Source: Octopus sinensis
Lineage: Eukaryota
Assembly: GCF_006345805.1 (NCBI RefSeq)
Contig: NW_021833830.1
Location: 1 to 57,218 of the forward strand
Length of the DNA stretch: 57,218 nt
Direction: 5' to 3'
Below, in pieces: positions 1-12,363 of this stretch; position 1 is the first letter of the stretch; each line of letters opens with the position of its first letter. The notes under the pieces were generated by a model. The model had not been told where the DNA came from. It saw only the letters and a list, made by a program, of their open reading frames with translations, and ran no database searches. The translations under genes and the position numbers were made by a program.

Positions 1-204
1 CCTTCCAAAACCCTACCCCATCATCTAATCCCCCCATGGCCCATGTGTTGGGAGCCCTTCCAGCAAGGAAAACAGAACGCCCAAAAGGGCTCCCGATCCT
101 CTGTGTCAGAAGAGGTTATGTTCAGATCACAACTAAACCTTCACCTAAGCTAACCTAGTGAAAGGGGGCTCAGAAGCCTCTGAAAGGCAGTGACTAATCC
201 TGAT

Positions 205-517
205 CTAGGGTTAGGGGTGGGGGGAAGGGTATCTTTTTTTTCTTCAGAAATGTAAATAAATCCAATCTGTTTCTTAAACGAGGGACATGTAATACGGCAC
301 AGAATGTTTTTTACCTCAATAGACGTCATTGATTGGTTGAAATTGCAGAAATTGAAGAAAAAAAACAACAAATATCTTACAAACCATAGAATCTTCTGAA
401 TAAAGCCAAGAGAAAAAGATGTTTTATAAACACATTCTACCAGTATATGAAGTTTAAAATTTTTTAGTTACCTAGAAATTATTAAAAAAAACTGCCGGTC
501 AAACCGAAAAGATCCCA
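205..517. mobile_element. Left-truncated copy of the ~414-bp TIR MITE seen complete at 17193-17606
   Basis: Colinear with 17313-17607; keeps the right TIR AAAAACTGCCG(G/T)TCAAACCGAAAAGATC and the TAGGGTTAGGG motif. Confidence 0.8.
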
Positions 518-775
518 GAACGGATTTTATATAATCGTGTATCCTTGTGATCGTTCCCGACCACCTGACAACTGGTGTAGGTTTGTTTACATCCCTATAG
601 GATAGCGGGCCGGCGAAAGATATGAGATAAGAACCAAGTTTTAAAAATACAAGTGCTAGAACGCCCTTCGTGTAAAACTCTCAAAAACGGTGCCTCATTA
701 TGGCTGCAGTCCAATGACTGATACAATGCGCGCTAGTAACGAAAAAACGTGATCGGCGCAAAATAGATAAAGAAG

Positions 776-1358
776 GGCGATCCTTCGGTTTAGGTACCAT
801 AAGTACCGGAAGTGGCTTTATTTACATTTCTGAAGATAACAGAAACCCTTTTCTCCTACCCCTAACCCACCCATATATATATATATATAAAAGAAAACAC
901 TTTCCGGTACCTATACCGAAGTTACGCCAAAAAATATTTTGTATAACGATTAATTTTTACCTTAAACTAGAACTTTTGGCGATCCTTCGGTATAGGTACC
1001 GTAAGTGGCTTCATTTACATTTCTGAAGATAACAGAAACCCTTTTCTCCTACCCCTAACCCTAACACAAGCCCTAAACATAACCCACCCATATATATATA
1101 TAAAAAAAACACTTTCCGGTACCTATACCGAAGTTACGCCGAAAAATATTTTGTGTAACGATTAATTTTTACCTTAAACTAGAACTTTTGGCGATCCTTC
1201 GGTATAGGTACCGTAAGTACCGGAAGTGGCTTTTTTCTGAAGATAACAGAAACCCTTTTCTCTTACCCCTAATCCTAACCTCTCATATATATTATATTAA
1301 AAAAAAACACTTTTTTGAAATATATCCGGTACTTCCGGTACCTATACCGAAGTTACGC
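776..1358. mobile_element. Three tandem ~200-bp palindromic MITE-like units
   Basis: Units start at 776, 978 and 1190. Each is bounded by CTTCGGTATAGGTACCG / CGGTACCTATACCGAAG-type inverted repeats with internal CCCTAACC motifs. Confidence 0.75.
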
Positions 1359-1526
1359 CTGAAGAAGCTTAAAAGTAAAACAATAATCAGAACCACGACG
1401 GCAACAACAACAACAATAAGGACGAAAAACTTGATCGACCGCAACCCGAATTCTATCGGGCACGAATTTCCTCTAATGCGAAACTGCGGCTTTTCGTTCC
1501 GGACTGGCTGTCGTGCACTTGTCATC
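1359..1526 (-). CDS. Putative first coding exon of an unidentified type II membrane protein (MTSARQPVRNEKPQFRIRGNSCPIEFGLRSIKFFVLIVVVVAVVVLIIVLLLSFFR...)
   Basis: Non-repetitive, CpG-rich, open frame (within ORF 1292-1720). Basic N-tail followed by a ~22-aa hydrophobic stretch. Candidate donor AGGC|GTAACT at ~1357. No good acceptor upstream, consistent with a first exon. Confidence 0.5.
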
Positions 1527-3460
1527 GCAACCCGGTCTGGTCCGTGCTTCGAGCACGTGTTCACCTCCTTCGTCGTCGTGATGCACCGCAGCCCTAGTTT
1601 TTCCTTCTCATCATCCCGCACCGAGTCGCACGCAAAGATAACATAACAACAACGCGGTATTTTTATATATACATATACGCACCTATATACACACCCATCT
1701 GTAAATACAAACACACACAATTACATATATATATACTTATATTTTATACGGAGTATCTCAATTTATATTTGACTTCAAATGTTTTCTTGCAATTAGGCAC
1801 AATCAACACGCTTGCATACACGCACTTAATTACAGTAATTAAGTTAAATTATACTGTAAAATATCCGTGTGTATATACATATACATCTGTATAAGAGGAT
1901 CATTTTACAACTCCGTTAAACCACCGAAAAGCAATTTCGTTAATCAGCTGTACACACACATTTACATATACATACATATATATATATATATATACAAATT
2001 GAGATAGGGGTTGTAAATGCAACCCTCCATGGGATAACATATATCCAATATACTATATATATATATATATTCGGCGTATTAAAATTAATTTAACTTTAAT
2101 TCTTTCCCTCATTCTTAATTGAACCGACTTATACACACAGCCATCCATTCACACAGGAGACCTTATATATACAGAATACCTCGTTTTTCTATTACCTTTC
2201 ATCATCGCTTTTAAAAATATTCAAGTTTAACAATATTTATTAAAAGCAATATCATTATCTTATAATATCTGGAACCTACCAGATCTCTTTTTTTATCCGA
2301 CTTCTTATCACTTGGAAAATATAACTCTAGAAATATTTAATTAAAATAAGCGCCGGTTTGGGATTACTACTTCATATTTGTCCCAACACCAGACGCACTT
2401 GCATATAAAAACATATATATATACATATATACACAAACAATACAGGCGCAGTTACGCAGACCTCACTTCGGTTTTATGCTCCCAGTTTTAAAATAATTGA
2501 TTATAAATATACATTCATTAAAACCACTCCAGTTTTAATTATAACTTTATAATATTTGTCCCACCACGTAACGTACCAACGTATATATACATATGCAAAT
2601 ACAACTCGGATATAAGTAAACGTAAACCTCTTCCTTTTATGCCCATCTCCTCGAAACTCTTTGGAATATTCAACTATTGAAAAATATTCATTTTGAATCG
2701 CATCATCTAGAAATTTAACTGTATAATACTACTTGTTTCTCTCACGAAACGTACCATCGTATATATGTATTGACAACAGATAGGCATGACGCCTTCCTGT
2801 TATGCTCACCTCCTCAAAACTTTAACTACAGACCAATTTTAATTTTAAATTAAAACAGCTTTAAATTTACAGTTATAATCCTTGTCCCACCCTGAAACGA
2901 GACAAACTGCTTCGGTTATGCTTACTTCCTCATTATTCAATTATAGAAGAAAAAAATATTAATTTCAAGGTATAACAGCTTTAAATTTAACCCAGTCCCC
3001 ACCGCGGATCGCACCAAACACAAACAGAAATATTTCTACACAGAACTCTCATCGTTTTATCTCTCTTCCTCATCGCTTTTTGAAATACTTAATTCTAGAA
3101 AAATGTTCATTTAAAGCAAGCAGCAGTCTAACTACCACCATCACCGCCGCCACCAGACTTCACGACCCAGCCCAGCCCTACATTTCTGCTCTAAATGCAA
3201 ACCCCCCACTCATCGTTTCTTGCTTCCCGGCCCTCAATCTTTCTTACAGAGGAATAGAGAGAGATTAAACGAGAATTATGAGGACAAAACAAATATTTGT
3301 GTAGATGAAAACAGCGTCAGGGGTGATTCACGTCTCCCTTTTCTTTCATTCGCCAATTTCTACCCAAAGAGCAAGAAATTAACAAGGATTCTTTACCCTC
3401 CATTCACCATGAACTCTACAAATTCGCTCCCTAACGCACAAAAGCCTCATTCACATGTAA
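1380..3460. promoter_or_regulatory. Candidate bidirectional promoter region between divergent first exons
   Basis: Lacks the SINEs that fill the rest of the window; CpG-rich at 1380-1660; flanked by oppositely oriented candidate first exons. Confidence 0.35.
3409..3456 (+). CDS. Putative first coding exon (MNSTNSLPNAQKPHSH) of an unidentified gene
   Basis: CACCATG start context; phase-0 donor CAT|GTAAGT at 3457; pyrimidine-rich intron start follows. Confidence 0.45.
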
Positions 3461-3850
3461 GTTCGAATTTTTACATTATTTCCTTCTTTCTTTCCGTCTT
3501 TCTTCCTGTCTCTTTATCTCCTTGCCTTTTCCTTTCTTCTTCTTCCTCCCCCTTTAAGTTCTTTCTCTCGTCCCTTCTCCCGGCATTTTTTGATGTTCTT
3601 CGTTTGTTTTGAAAGTGTTTTCTCCCCCATTTTTTCCTTCTGAAATATAAAAAAAAGTTTTATTTTAATTACAGCTTAACTCTCACTTTTCCCTCCTAAA
3701 CTTCATTTTTCCTACTTCGATGCTTTTTCTTCTCTTTTCTTCCACCCCACTTACTTCCTCTCCTCTTGTTTATCACATACACATATATATATATGATATA
3801 CACACCTGCGGATGAGGGGGTAATATGCATCTTGGAGATTTATATTATAT

Positions 3851-3895
<45 letters not shown>

Positions 3896-4410
3896 GAAAA
3901 ATACAAACTGGGACAAGAACGCAAAACATTTAGAAGACGATACAAAAAACACGGACGGGACATTCGAAGCCTTCAATCTTCAGTCAAGAACCGGATCATC
4001 CTCGCAATTTCGGTTGATTAATCTTGAGATTGCTCCGACCTGGCCAGCCCCAAAGGAAAAGGATATATATATATATATATATATATAAGCAAGAAACGAT
4101 GTATATATATATATACACACACATGCGCACACGTGTCTATGTTTATGCTTGTCCACACCCATGAGTGGACATATGTCATTAGACCTATGTATGCATACAT
4201 TTGTTTATCATATGCCTATTTACACTTGCACATGTAACACACACACACCTTTCCAGAATAGTGTTGTCTGTAACTTCGTTGTTATTGCTCGAAACTTCAA
4301 GAACACTATATTCTTGTGAAAGAATGCTTATGCTATACTCTACAGACAGTATTGAGTCATTTGTCAATTTCGTGTTATATATATATATCTTGTTTTTTTT
4401 CGTGAACTCT

Positions 4411-4450
<40 letters not shown>

Positions 4451-4459
4451 TTCTTTACT

Positions 4460-4680
4460 ACCCACAAGGGGTTAAACACAGAGGGGACAAACAAGGACAG
4501 ACAAACGGATTAAGTCGATCATATCGACCCCAGGTGCGTAACTGGTACTTAATTTATCGACCCCGAAAGGATGAAAGGCAAAGTCGACCTCGGCGGAATT
4601 TGAACTCAGAACGTAGCGGCGGACGAAATACCGCAAAGCATTTCGACCGGAGTGCTAACGTTTCTGCCAGCTCGCCGCCC
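4460..4680 (-). mobile_element. tRNA-derived SINE, family D
   Basis: Minus strand reads GGCGGCGAGCTGGCAGAA...GAGTTCAAATTCC (A/B-box-like) then GTCGACTTTGCCTTTCATCCTTTCGGGGTCGATAAA. Degenerate copy at ~7140-7300; tail fragment at ~14850-14900. Confidence 0.75.
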
Positions 4681-5559
4681 TATTTATATATATATATACA
4701 TCACGCCTACATGTGTTTGTATACCAGGGTGTATAATACGTGTATGTTAGCGTGTATAAAACGACACTTCTGTTTGTGTATAAACAGGGATATAAAGGAC
4801 ACCCAGAGTCTCAGATTAAAACGGCACGCCTTATAAAAAGGGATGGGCACGTTGCACAATGCTCACCAATGTATATAAACAAAAGTCAGGATGGCCACTG
4901 GTGGAGCGCTTTGCATCGTATATCTGCTGTGTCATTGCTGACCTAGGTCAAACAGTTAAACAGCTACCAAAGTTTCTGTGCGTGTGTGTGTGTGTGTTTT
5001 TGTTTGTCCACCTCCACCCCCTCATCGCTTGACAACCGGTGTTCGTTAATTTACGTTTCCTGTAACTTAGCGGTTCGGCAAAAGAGACGGACGGAAATAA
5101 GATACCAATCTTACAAAAATTTGTGCTGGGGTCGATGTGTTCCACTAAAAAAACATATTGAAGGCATTGCTACAGCATGGTCGCAGACCAATGACTGAAA
5201 CCCATTTAAATGTTTAATAGCGTTATGTGTTTAACCCTTGGTCAGTCTTGAGTGAGTGCTGTTGTGATCATCATCGTCCGTCCTTTTTCTAGATCTTTGT
5301 GTGACTAAGATACGCCATGAAGTAATTTGTCCCGCCTTTTTTTAAAATTTGAACAAGTTCGGAAGTTATATGAGGGAGATTTAGTTGTTATTTCTGTGCG
5401 TTTGAACGACCACATACAACCTCCACCCTGGGTTTCTTATTTCGCTTTGCTGAGAGAACTGAGGGCGGGATTTTGTTGTTATTAAGAGGAGAGAGAGAGA
5501 AGAATATTTAGATGGAAGAATCGAATGGACTGACATGACAGCTAAATAGACAGATTGAC

Positions 5560-6120
5560 GGACAGCTAAATAGACCAATAGACTGATAGATATATAGACA
5601 GACAGACAAATGGATTGATAGATATATATATAGACAAACAGATAGCTAGCTAGAGAGATAATTAAATTGATAGACAGCTAGCTAGACAGATAGATAGATA
5701 AATTGATATCTAGCTAGACAGATAAATTGACAGATAGATAGATAGATAAATTGATAGGCAGATAGATAGATAGATAGATTGATAGCTAGCTAGCTAGACA
5801 GATGAATTAATAGGTAGATAGATGGATAGATAGATAGATAGACATGTAAATAGATAGATTGATATATACAGACAGCTGAATAGACAGATAGCTTGATAGA
5901 TAAGGACAGACAGTTTGGTAAACTATTTGATAGATGAGGCGAAGGTAAAAAATATTCGGCGGTTAGGGTTACGCCGAAACGGGTGGTGTGCGTATTCTTT
6001 ACCTCCACCAACATATTGATAGCTATACAGACAGATAGATTGCTAGCTAGATAGTTTGATAGATTGACAAACAGCCAGATAGTAAGATTGATAAACAGAT
6101 AGACAGATAAGTAGACGAAT
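5560..6120. repeat. Degenerate (GATA/GACA)n microsatellite
   Basis: Direct reading. Confidence 0.9.
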
Positions 6121-6239
6121 GGACCGGAAGACACGGGTAGATTAACATTAAACATTTATTCACACGAAAGGAAATTACGGGAGAACTTTCTAATTCTTCC
6201 AAATCTTTCTGATATAATCGTATTGAAACAATTTGTGGG

Positions 6240-6450
6240 GAATTTTTTATTTTATCGCAGTAATTAGTCTCACATCACGGGAACCTACTGAAGCACGCTC
6301 GCAGCGTTACCACGGGCATTGGCAAGGCTAATATGTTGCAAAAGCCAAGAGCCCTCTCGAGTATCGCCTGACACCTCGGTGAGGCGACCTGCCAAAGTTG
6401 ACAAGAACTTCGCTGTCGGTGGCAGATGGATTTGACAAGCTGATAGACCA
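6240..6450 (-). mobile_element. 3' end of a CRE-like non-LTR retrotransposon (restriction-like endonuclease C-terminus plus 3' UTR)
   Basis: Translation KFLSTLAGRLTEVSGDTREGSWLLQHISLANARGNAASVLQ* matches the recalled CRE-clade C-terminal pattern (..VTGD.RE..FL.QRLS.AI.RGNAAS.L). Confidence 0.7.
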
Positions 6451-6565
6451 GTGCTTCTCAACCAGGGTCCATATGGCCCCCGAGAGTCCACACAACAAAA
6501 TAGTAAACTGGGTATCTACAATAGTATTTTAAGGGCCCCTGAAAAAGTTTTGGGATCTTTGAAAG
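6451..6565. mobile_element. hAT-like MITE fragment
   Basis: Begins CAGTGCTTCTCAACC. Similar ends at ~16870 (GGTTGAGACACACTG) and ~29646 (CAGTGATTCTCAAAGTG). Confidence 0.45.
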
Positions 6566-6574
6566 ATTAATATA

Positions 6575-6735
6575 GGCGCAGGAGTGGCTGTGTGGTAAGT
6601 AGCTTGCTTACCAACCACATGGTTCCGGCTTCAGTCCCACTGCGTGGCATCTTGGGCAAGTGTCTTCTACTATAGCCTCGGGCCAACCAAAGCCTTTCGA
6701 GGGATTTGGTAGACGGAAACTGAAAGAAGCCCGTC

Positions 6736-6786
<51 letters not shown>

Positions 6787-7000
6787 GCGTGTGTATGTTT
6801 GTGTGTCTGTGTTTGTCCCCCTAGCATCGCTTGAAAACCGATGCTGGTGTGTTTATGTCCCCGTTACTTAGCGGTTCGGCAAAAGAGACCGATAGAATAA
6901 GTACTGGGCTTACAAAAGAATAAGTCCCGGAGTCGAGTTGCTCGATTAAAGGCGGTGCTCCAGCATGGCCGCAGTCAAATGACTGAAACAAGTAAAAGAA
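6575..7000 (+). mobile_element. tRNA-derived SINE, family A (dominant family), full length
   Basis: GGCGCAGGAGTGGCTGTGTGGTAAG (A-box-like), GGTTC/TTCAGTCCC (B-box-like), internal (TA)n(TG)n, tail CAGCATGGCCGCAGTCAAATGACTGAAACAAGTAAAAG. Confidence 0.9.
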
Positions 7001-7333
7001 TTAAAAAAAAAGAGTAAATAGTTCTCCAACATTTTTTTTGTCTTTAATTCCTATTTCACACGGGTGGACCCTCATCGCCATTTGATGTTTTAAAGGTCCT
7101 ATTATTTTTATAATTCCTGGTTTCGAATTTTGGTGCAAGACCAACCCCAGTATTATTCGACTGGTACTTCTTTCATCAACCCTGAAAGGATGAAAGGCAT
7201 AGTCGACCTCGGCGGAATTTGAACACAGAACAGTAAAGACAGACGAAATGCTGTTAAGTATTTTGTCCGGCGTACTTAACGATTCTCCCAGTTCACCGTC
7301 TTACATCAATAAGTATACCTCTATCTGTGCGAT

Positions 7334-7411
<78 letters not shown>

Positions 7412-7414
<3 letters not shown>

Positions 7415-8928
7415 GAGGGGTTACTGAAAAGTTTCTGGCTTTAAGGGTATCGCGAAAGATTGAGCTGTTATCGTTACAGGGTAAGTAGGACAACTACTTA
7501 GAAGATATGCAAAAAATCATGACCGAATTATTTTTTTTTGTATATGTAACGCATGGTGTGGCAGCTCCTACGGTGGATGTTAGTAAAACTGAAGCACGGA
7601 CGGTCATAAAGTTCCTCTTTTTGCAAGACAAAGGAGCGGCGGAAATCCCTGGTCAGATGAACGAAGTCTTGAAAGATGACTATTCATCTTACTCCACAGT
7701 GAAAATCTGGGTGTCCTGGTTTCAGACTGGTCGTTTCGAGGTCACAGATGAACCCCGGTCAGGACGGCGGCCAACTTCCGCGACCACAGAGGACAAGGCC
7801 AACGCTGTGTACCTCATGATTCCCGAGGACAGCCGGATTTCGGCGAGTCATGGCCGAGAGTCAGGATATCCCATGAAAGCGCTGGCAACATCATCCACAA
7901 CATTCTAGACATGAGAAAGCTTTCCGCAAAATGGGTGCCGAATATTCTGAACGCAGATCAGAAGCGCATCAGGGTGATGACCGCAAAGGCAATTTTGGAC
8001 TGGTTTGCAGTAGGAGAGGCTGGTTTTATGGCCTGTTTAGTTACCGTGGATGAAACTTGAGTTCATCATTATGATCCCCAGACGAAGCAGCAATCAATCA
8101 TCATCATTGTTCGACCGTAGTTGAGACAATGGAATTTACCATGCTACGCCAGACTTCACGGTCCATCATGGCATTACGGTGGTCCTGTTGCTTGATGCCT
8201 GTATCCCTGGAGATTACATCAGGGTAGGAGAGTGTGCGCCCTCTGGTATTGCGAGTAGATGGCTTCCAGAGGAGAAGAGTAGAAATTACTTCTTTTTCAG
8301 CTCTACAACAATGTCCAGCAAACTGAACTCTCCTACCTTTCACAAGCAATCAATGGAGTAACGCTACAGCGCCTACCCCGCGTTCCAAAAAAGTTTCGGA
8401 CCCCAAAAGTCAACTGGAAAGATTCTGGCTTCAGTGTTCTGGGACAAAGACGGAGTCCTCATTTTCTGGGGCAAAGAGCAGCCCTCATAAAATGCTTGCC
8501 AAAGAGTCGCACCATCAACGCAGAATACTACGTCTCTGTGGGACGAATTGCATGAAGCTCTGAAGCAGAAACGCTGTAGAAAGCTGAGCCGTGGTGTCCT
8601 GTTTTTGCAGGATAGTGCACCAACACATAGCAGATGAAATTCTATGGAAAACACGCGACTTTGGCTTCTTATTAGTAGACCACCCACCTGAGTCTCCTGT
8701 CTTGCTCTTCCCTCCCTCTATCACCTCCTTCCATAATTGTAGAAACGTCGCAAGGGAACGGAATTTCTCTCCGACTCGGGAGTCCAGCCTTCCAAGTTCT
8801 TTTTTTACAGGGCTTAGAAAAACTGAAGGGCCACTGCAATAAGTGTGTGAACCTGAGAGGGGAATAGGTTGAATTTAAATCATAATTAACTGATCCAAAA
8901 CCAGGAATCTTTCAGCACTCTTCGCGTG
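7412..8928 (+). mobile_element. Decayed mariner (DD34D-type) transposon interrupted by a LINE fragment
   Basis: Imperfect TIRs (CACGAGGGGTTACTGAAAAGTTTCTGG / CCAGGAATCTTTCAGCACTCTTCGCGTG). Transposase motifs DEPRSGR, KWVPNIL, TVDET*VHHYDP, KQQSME, VFWD, FLQDSAP; stops and frameshifts. Confidence 0.9.
8099..8344 (-). mobile_element. RTE-clade LINE 3' fragment nested in the mariner
   Basis: C-terminal ORF ...LSYPDVISRDTG...AMMDREVWRSMVNSIVSTTVEQ*, (TGA)n tail, 10-bp TSD AGCAATCAAT at 8089-8098 and 8345-8354. Confidence 0.9.
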
Positions 8929-8970
8929 TGTTCGTGTATGTATGTATGTATGTATGTATGTATGTACATA

Positions 8971-9375
8971 GGCGCAGGAGTGGCTGTGTGGTAAGTAGTT
9001 TGTTTACCAACCACATGGTTCTGGGTTCAGTCCCACTGCATGGCACCTTGGGCAAGTGTCTTCTACTATAGGCTCGGGCCGACCAAAGCCTTGTGAGTGG
9101 ATTTGGTAGACGGAAACTGAAAGAAGCCCGTCGTATATATATATATATATATATGCGTGTGTGTATGTGTTTGTGTGTGTGTGTTTGTCTCCCTAGCGTT
9201 GCTTGACAACCGATGCTGGTGTGTTTATGTCGCCGTAACTTAGCGGTTCGGCAAAAGAGACCGATGGAATAAGTACTGGGATTACAAAAAGAATAAGTCC
9301 CGGGGTCGATTTGCTCGACTAAAAGGCGGTGCTCCAGCATGGCCGCAGTCAAATGACTGAAACAAGTAAAAGAGT
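8971..9375 (+). mobile_element. SINE family A, full length
   Basis: Colinear with 6575-7000. Confidence 0.9.
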
Positions 9376-9729
9376 ATATATATATATATATATATATAAT
9401 TTTGTTAAATCTTCGTTCAGCTCCATTTCTTCCTACACTTAATATATAAAACTTCAAATTTCCGCACTAAGGCACGGATTTTAGGCTCCATGGTCTAACC
9501 TCAACCGTGCTTTTTCTGTTGTGATTTTTGCTACCCAGGTATCGGTTATCATTTGAATTATCCGTAATAAGATAATTCATTTATCTACTTCAATAATATA
9601 TATATATATATACACACCCATCCTACATACATGTACTGATGAAATTTAAGGCACTTATTGGTTGGAAAGCCCAATGAGAAATTGATATTGCGAGTTTCTA
9701 AGTTGACACTTGAGATAGTTTTTTTATGC

Positions 9730-11345
9730 TTCCGTAGAGCTGGGCATAAGAGGGGGAGGAAAAGCGAAAGAGAGAGAGGGGCGTAAATGGCTTAATGAGT
9801 GAGGAGAGGTAAGAGTGGGAATCACCTCCTCTCCCCCCTCCGCTGTAAAAGGGGGAGAGGTGAGTAAGTAGGGGGGAGAAGAAGGATGAGAGCAGGCGAT
9901 AAAGTTTCAGTAGAACTGTAAGAGGGAGGGAGGGAGGGAGATATAGAGAGAGAGGGAGGGGGAAGCGACAGAAAGAAAGAAATGTGTGTCTCAAGGAGTG
10001 AGGGTAAGAGGCATAGTGGGAGGAAAGTGGCCGTAGTAAAGAGGATCGAGAGTGGTAGAGGAGAAGAGAGGAGGGAAAGCGAGAGAAAGAAAGAATGTGT
10101 GTAACGGCTCAAGAGAGTGAGGGTAAGAGGAATAGTGGGAGGAAAGTGGCCAGTAAAGAGAGAGAGAGAGTGAGTGAGAGCGAGAGAGGGAAAGTGACAG
10201 AAAGAAAGAAATGTGTAACTGTCTCAAGGAGTGAGGGTAAGAGGAATAGTGGGAGGAAAGTGGCCAGTAAAGAGAGAGAGAGAGTGAGTGAGAGCGAGAG
10301 AGGGAAAGTGACAGAAAGAAAGAAATGTGTAACTGTCTCAAGGAGTGAGGGTAAGAGGAATAGTGGGAGGAAAGTGGCCAGTAAAGAGAGAGAGAGAGTG
10401 AGTGAGAGCGAGAGAGGGAAAGTGACAGAAAGAAAGAAATGTGTAACTGTCTCAAGGAGTGAGGGTAAGAGGAATAGTGGGAGGAAAGTGGCCAGTAAAG
10501 TCTCCTTAGGCCTATAAGAAGGGGAGGCAGCGAGTGAAGTAGAGAGGGAGAGGATGTATGTAAATATGAGTGAGTGAGGGTGGGAGGTGGAAGGGCGATA
10601 GAGTTTCTGTGGAGGGGGTGAGAGGGAGATATCGATGTTTTAATGAGAGGCGGAGGAGGAAGTGTGGAAGGAAAAGCTGAGAGGGAGAGAGGGGGGAGGA
10701 AGAACGAAAGACAGAGGGGTGTAATTATCTACTTGAGTGAAAGGCAGAGGAGAAAGGCCGACGGATTTCTGGAGGCTGAAGAGGGAAAGAGAAGATGAGA
10801 GTAAGTGACCCGAGAGGGAAGAAGAGAGGTGGGAGGTGAAAGGCCGATAAACGTCTAACCAATAAGAGAGAGACAGGGGGGAGGACAGACAGAGAGAGAG
10901 AGAGAGATGTGTGTAAGTGACCTAGGGAGAAAGAGGAAGTGGGAGAGACAGTCTGGTAATCGTCTGTGGATCAGTGAAAGAGGGGGATGAGATAAAAAAG
11001 AGGGATAAAGCAAGAGAGAGAGAGCGAATGACGTGAGAAGAGGAGAGGTGGGAGAAAAAGGACGATAACATGTAGACATGTAAGAGAAAGAGGGATGAAG
11101 TATGAAAAAGAGATGGAGGGATAAAGAGAAACAGAGAGGGAGAGATAGAGTAAGAGAAAGAGAGAGGGATGTGCGTAAATGACAGAGGGGGAGAGAAAGA
11201 GTTGTGCATGAGTGAGGGGGAAGAGGAGAGGTAGGAGGAGAAATGCCTATACGCGCCTGTAGACCAGTAAGAGAAAGAGAGAGGGGGATGTGTATAAGGT
11301 AAAGAGAAAGCGGGAGGGAGGGAGAACGTGAAGGAATTTGTCCCA
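9730..11345. repeat. Purine-rich (G/A) low-complexity tract containing a 114-bp tandem repeat (~3.6 copies, 10095-10500)
   Basis: ATGTGTAAC recurs at 10211, 10325 and 10439; diverged units near 9982 and 10095. Confidence 0.85.
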
Positions 11346-11831
11346 TTTTAAGACATTTGGGTGTAAATTCTTGGGAAATGTAACTGTTTCTTCCTATCAG
11401 CTCCAGAGATAAAAACCTGTAGCTACATATCTACCATTCCATTTCGGCAGATGCTGACATCTCTCTTTATTTTCTTCATCTTCATCTTCTTCTTCAGTAG
11501 TTTGATAAATAAATAAACAAACGAATTTGTATAAAATGGGACATTTTTAATTAACGTTTTGATATATAAGTTCTTAGAGGGAAATATTTAACGAACGTTT
11601 GTTAATATTAATGGGAGGAGGCACAGGCTTGTCTGTGTGGTGAGAGGTTTGCTTTCCAACCTCATGGTTCCAGGTTCAGTCCCACTGCATGGCATCTTGT
11701 GCAAGGTTGATGGAAACTGAAAGAAGCCTGTGTGTGTGTTTGTTCAACTCACCAATTTGGCTCAAAACCTTGAAGATGGTGCCCCAGCATGACCACAATC
11801 AAATGACTAACAAGTAAAAGATGAAAATATG

Positions 11832-11864
<33 letters not shown>

Positions 11865-11866
<2 letters not shown>

Positions 11867-12243
11867 TCTTACTCTTTTACTTGTTTCAGTCATGACTGCA
11901 GCCATGCTGGAGCACCACCTTAGTCGAGCAACTCGACCCGGGACTTTTCTTGTAAGCCCAGTACTTATTCTATCGGTCTCTTTCGCCGAACCGCTAGGTG
12001 ACGGGGACGTAAACACACCAGCATCGGTTGTCAAGCAATGCTAGGGGGACAAACACAGACACACACATATACATATATATATATACATATATACGACAGG
12101 CTTCTTTCAGTTTCCGTCTACCAAATTCACTCACAAGTCATTGGTCGGCCCGGGGCTATAGCAGAAGACACTTGCCCAAGATGCCATGCAGTGGGACTGA
12201 ACCCGCAACCATGTGGTTGGTTAGCAAGCTACTTACCACACAG
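11865..12243 (-). mobile_element. SINE family A, head truncated
   Basis: Reverse complement of family A. Confidence 0.9.
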
Positions 12244-12331
12244 TGGTGGTGGTGGTGATGGTGATAGAGATAACAATGATGGCTGTGATGATGATGATGA
12301 TGATGATGATGATGTGATGATGTGATGATGA

Positions 12332-12363
<32 letters not shown>

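Noticed and set aside
205-225. Telomeric or interstitial telomere sequence
   Set aside because: Only one or two TTAGGG units, lying inside a MITE.
7507-7908. Active or domesticated transposase
   Set aside because: Frameshifts, in-frame stops and a LINE insertion; all transposase remnants in the window are decayed.
10095-10517. 140-aa ORF with 38-aa repeats
   Set aside because: Product of the 114-bp purine-rich tandem repeat.
11401-11510. Exon after the TTCTTCCTATCAG acceptor
   Set aside because: The phase-0 reading stops after three codons; no donor.
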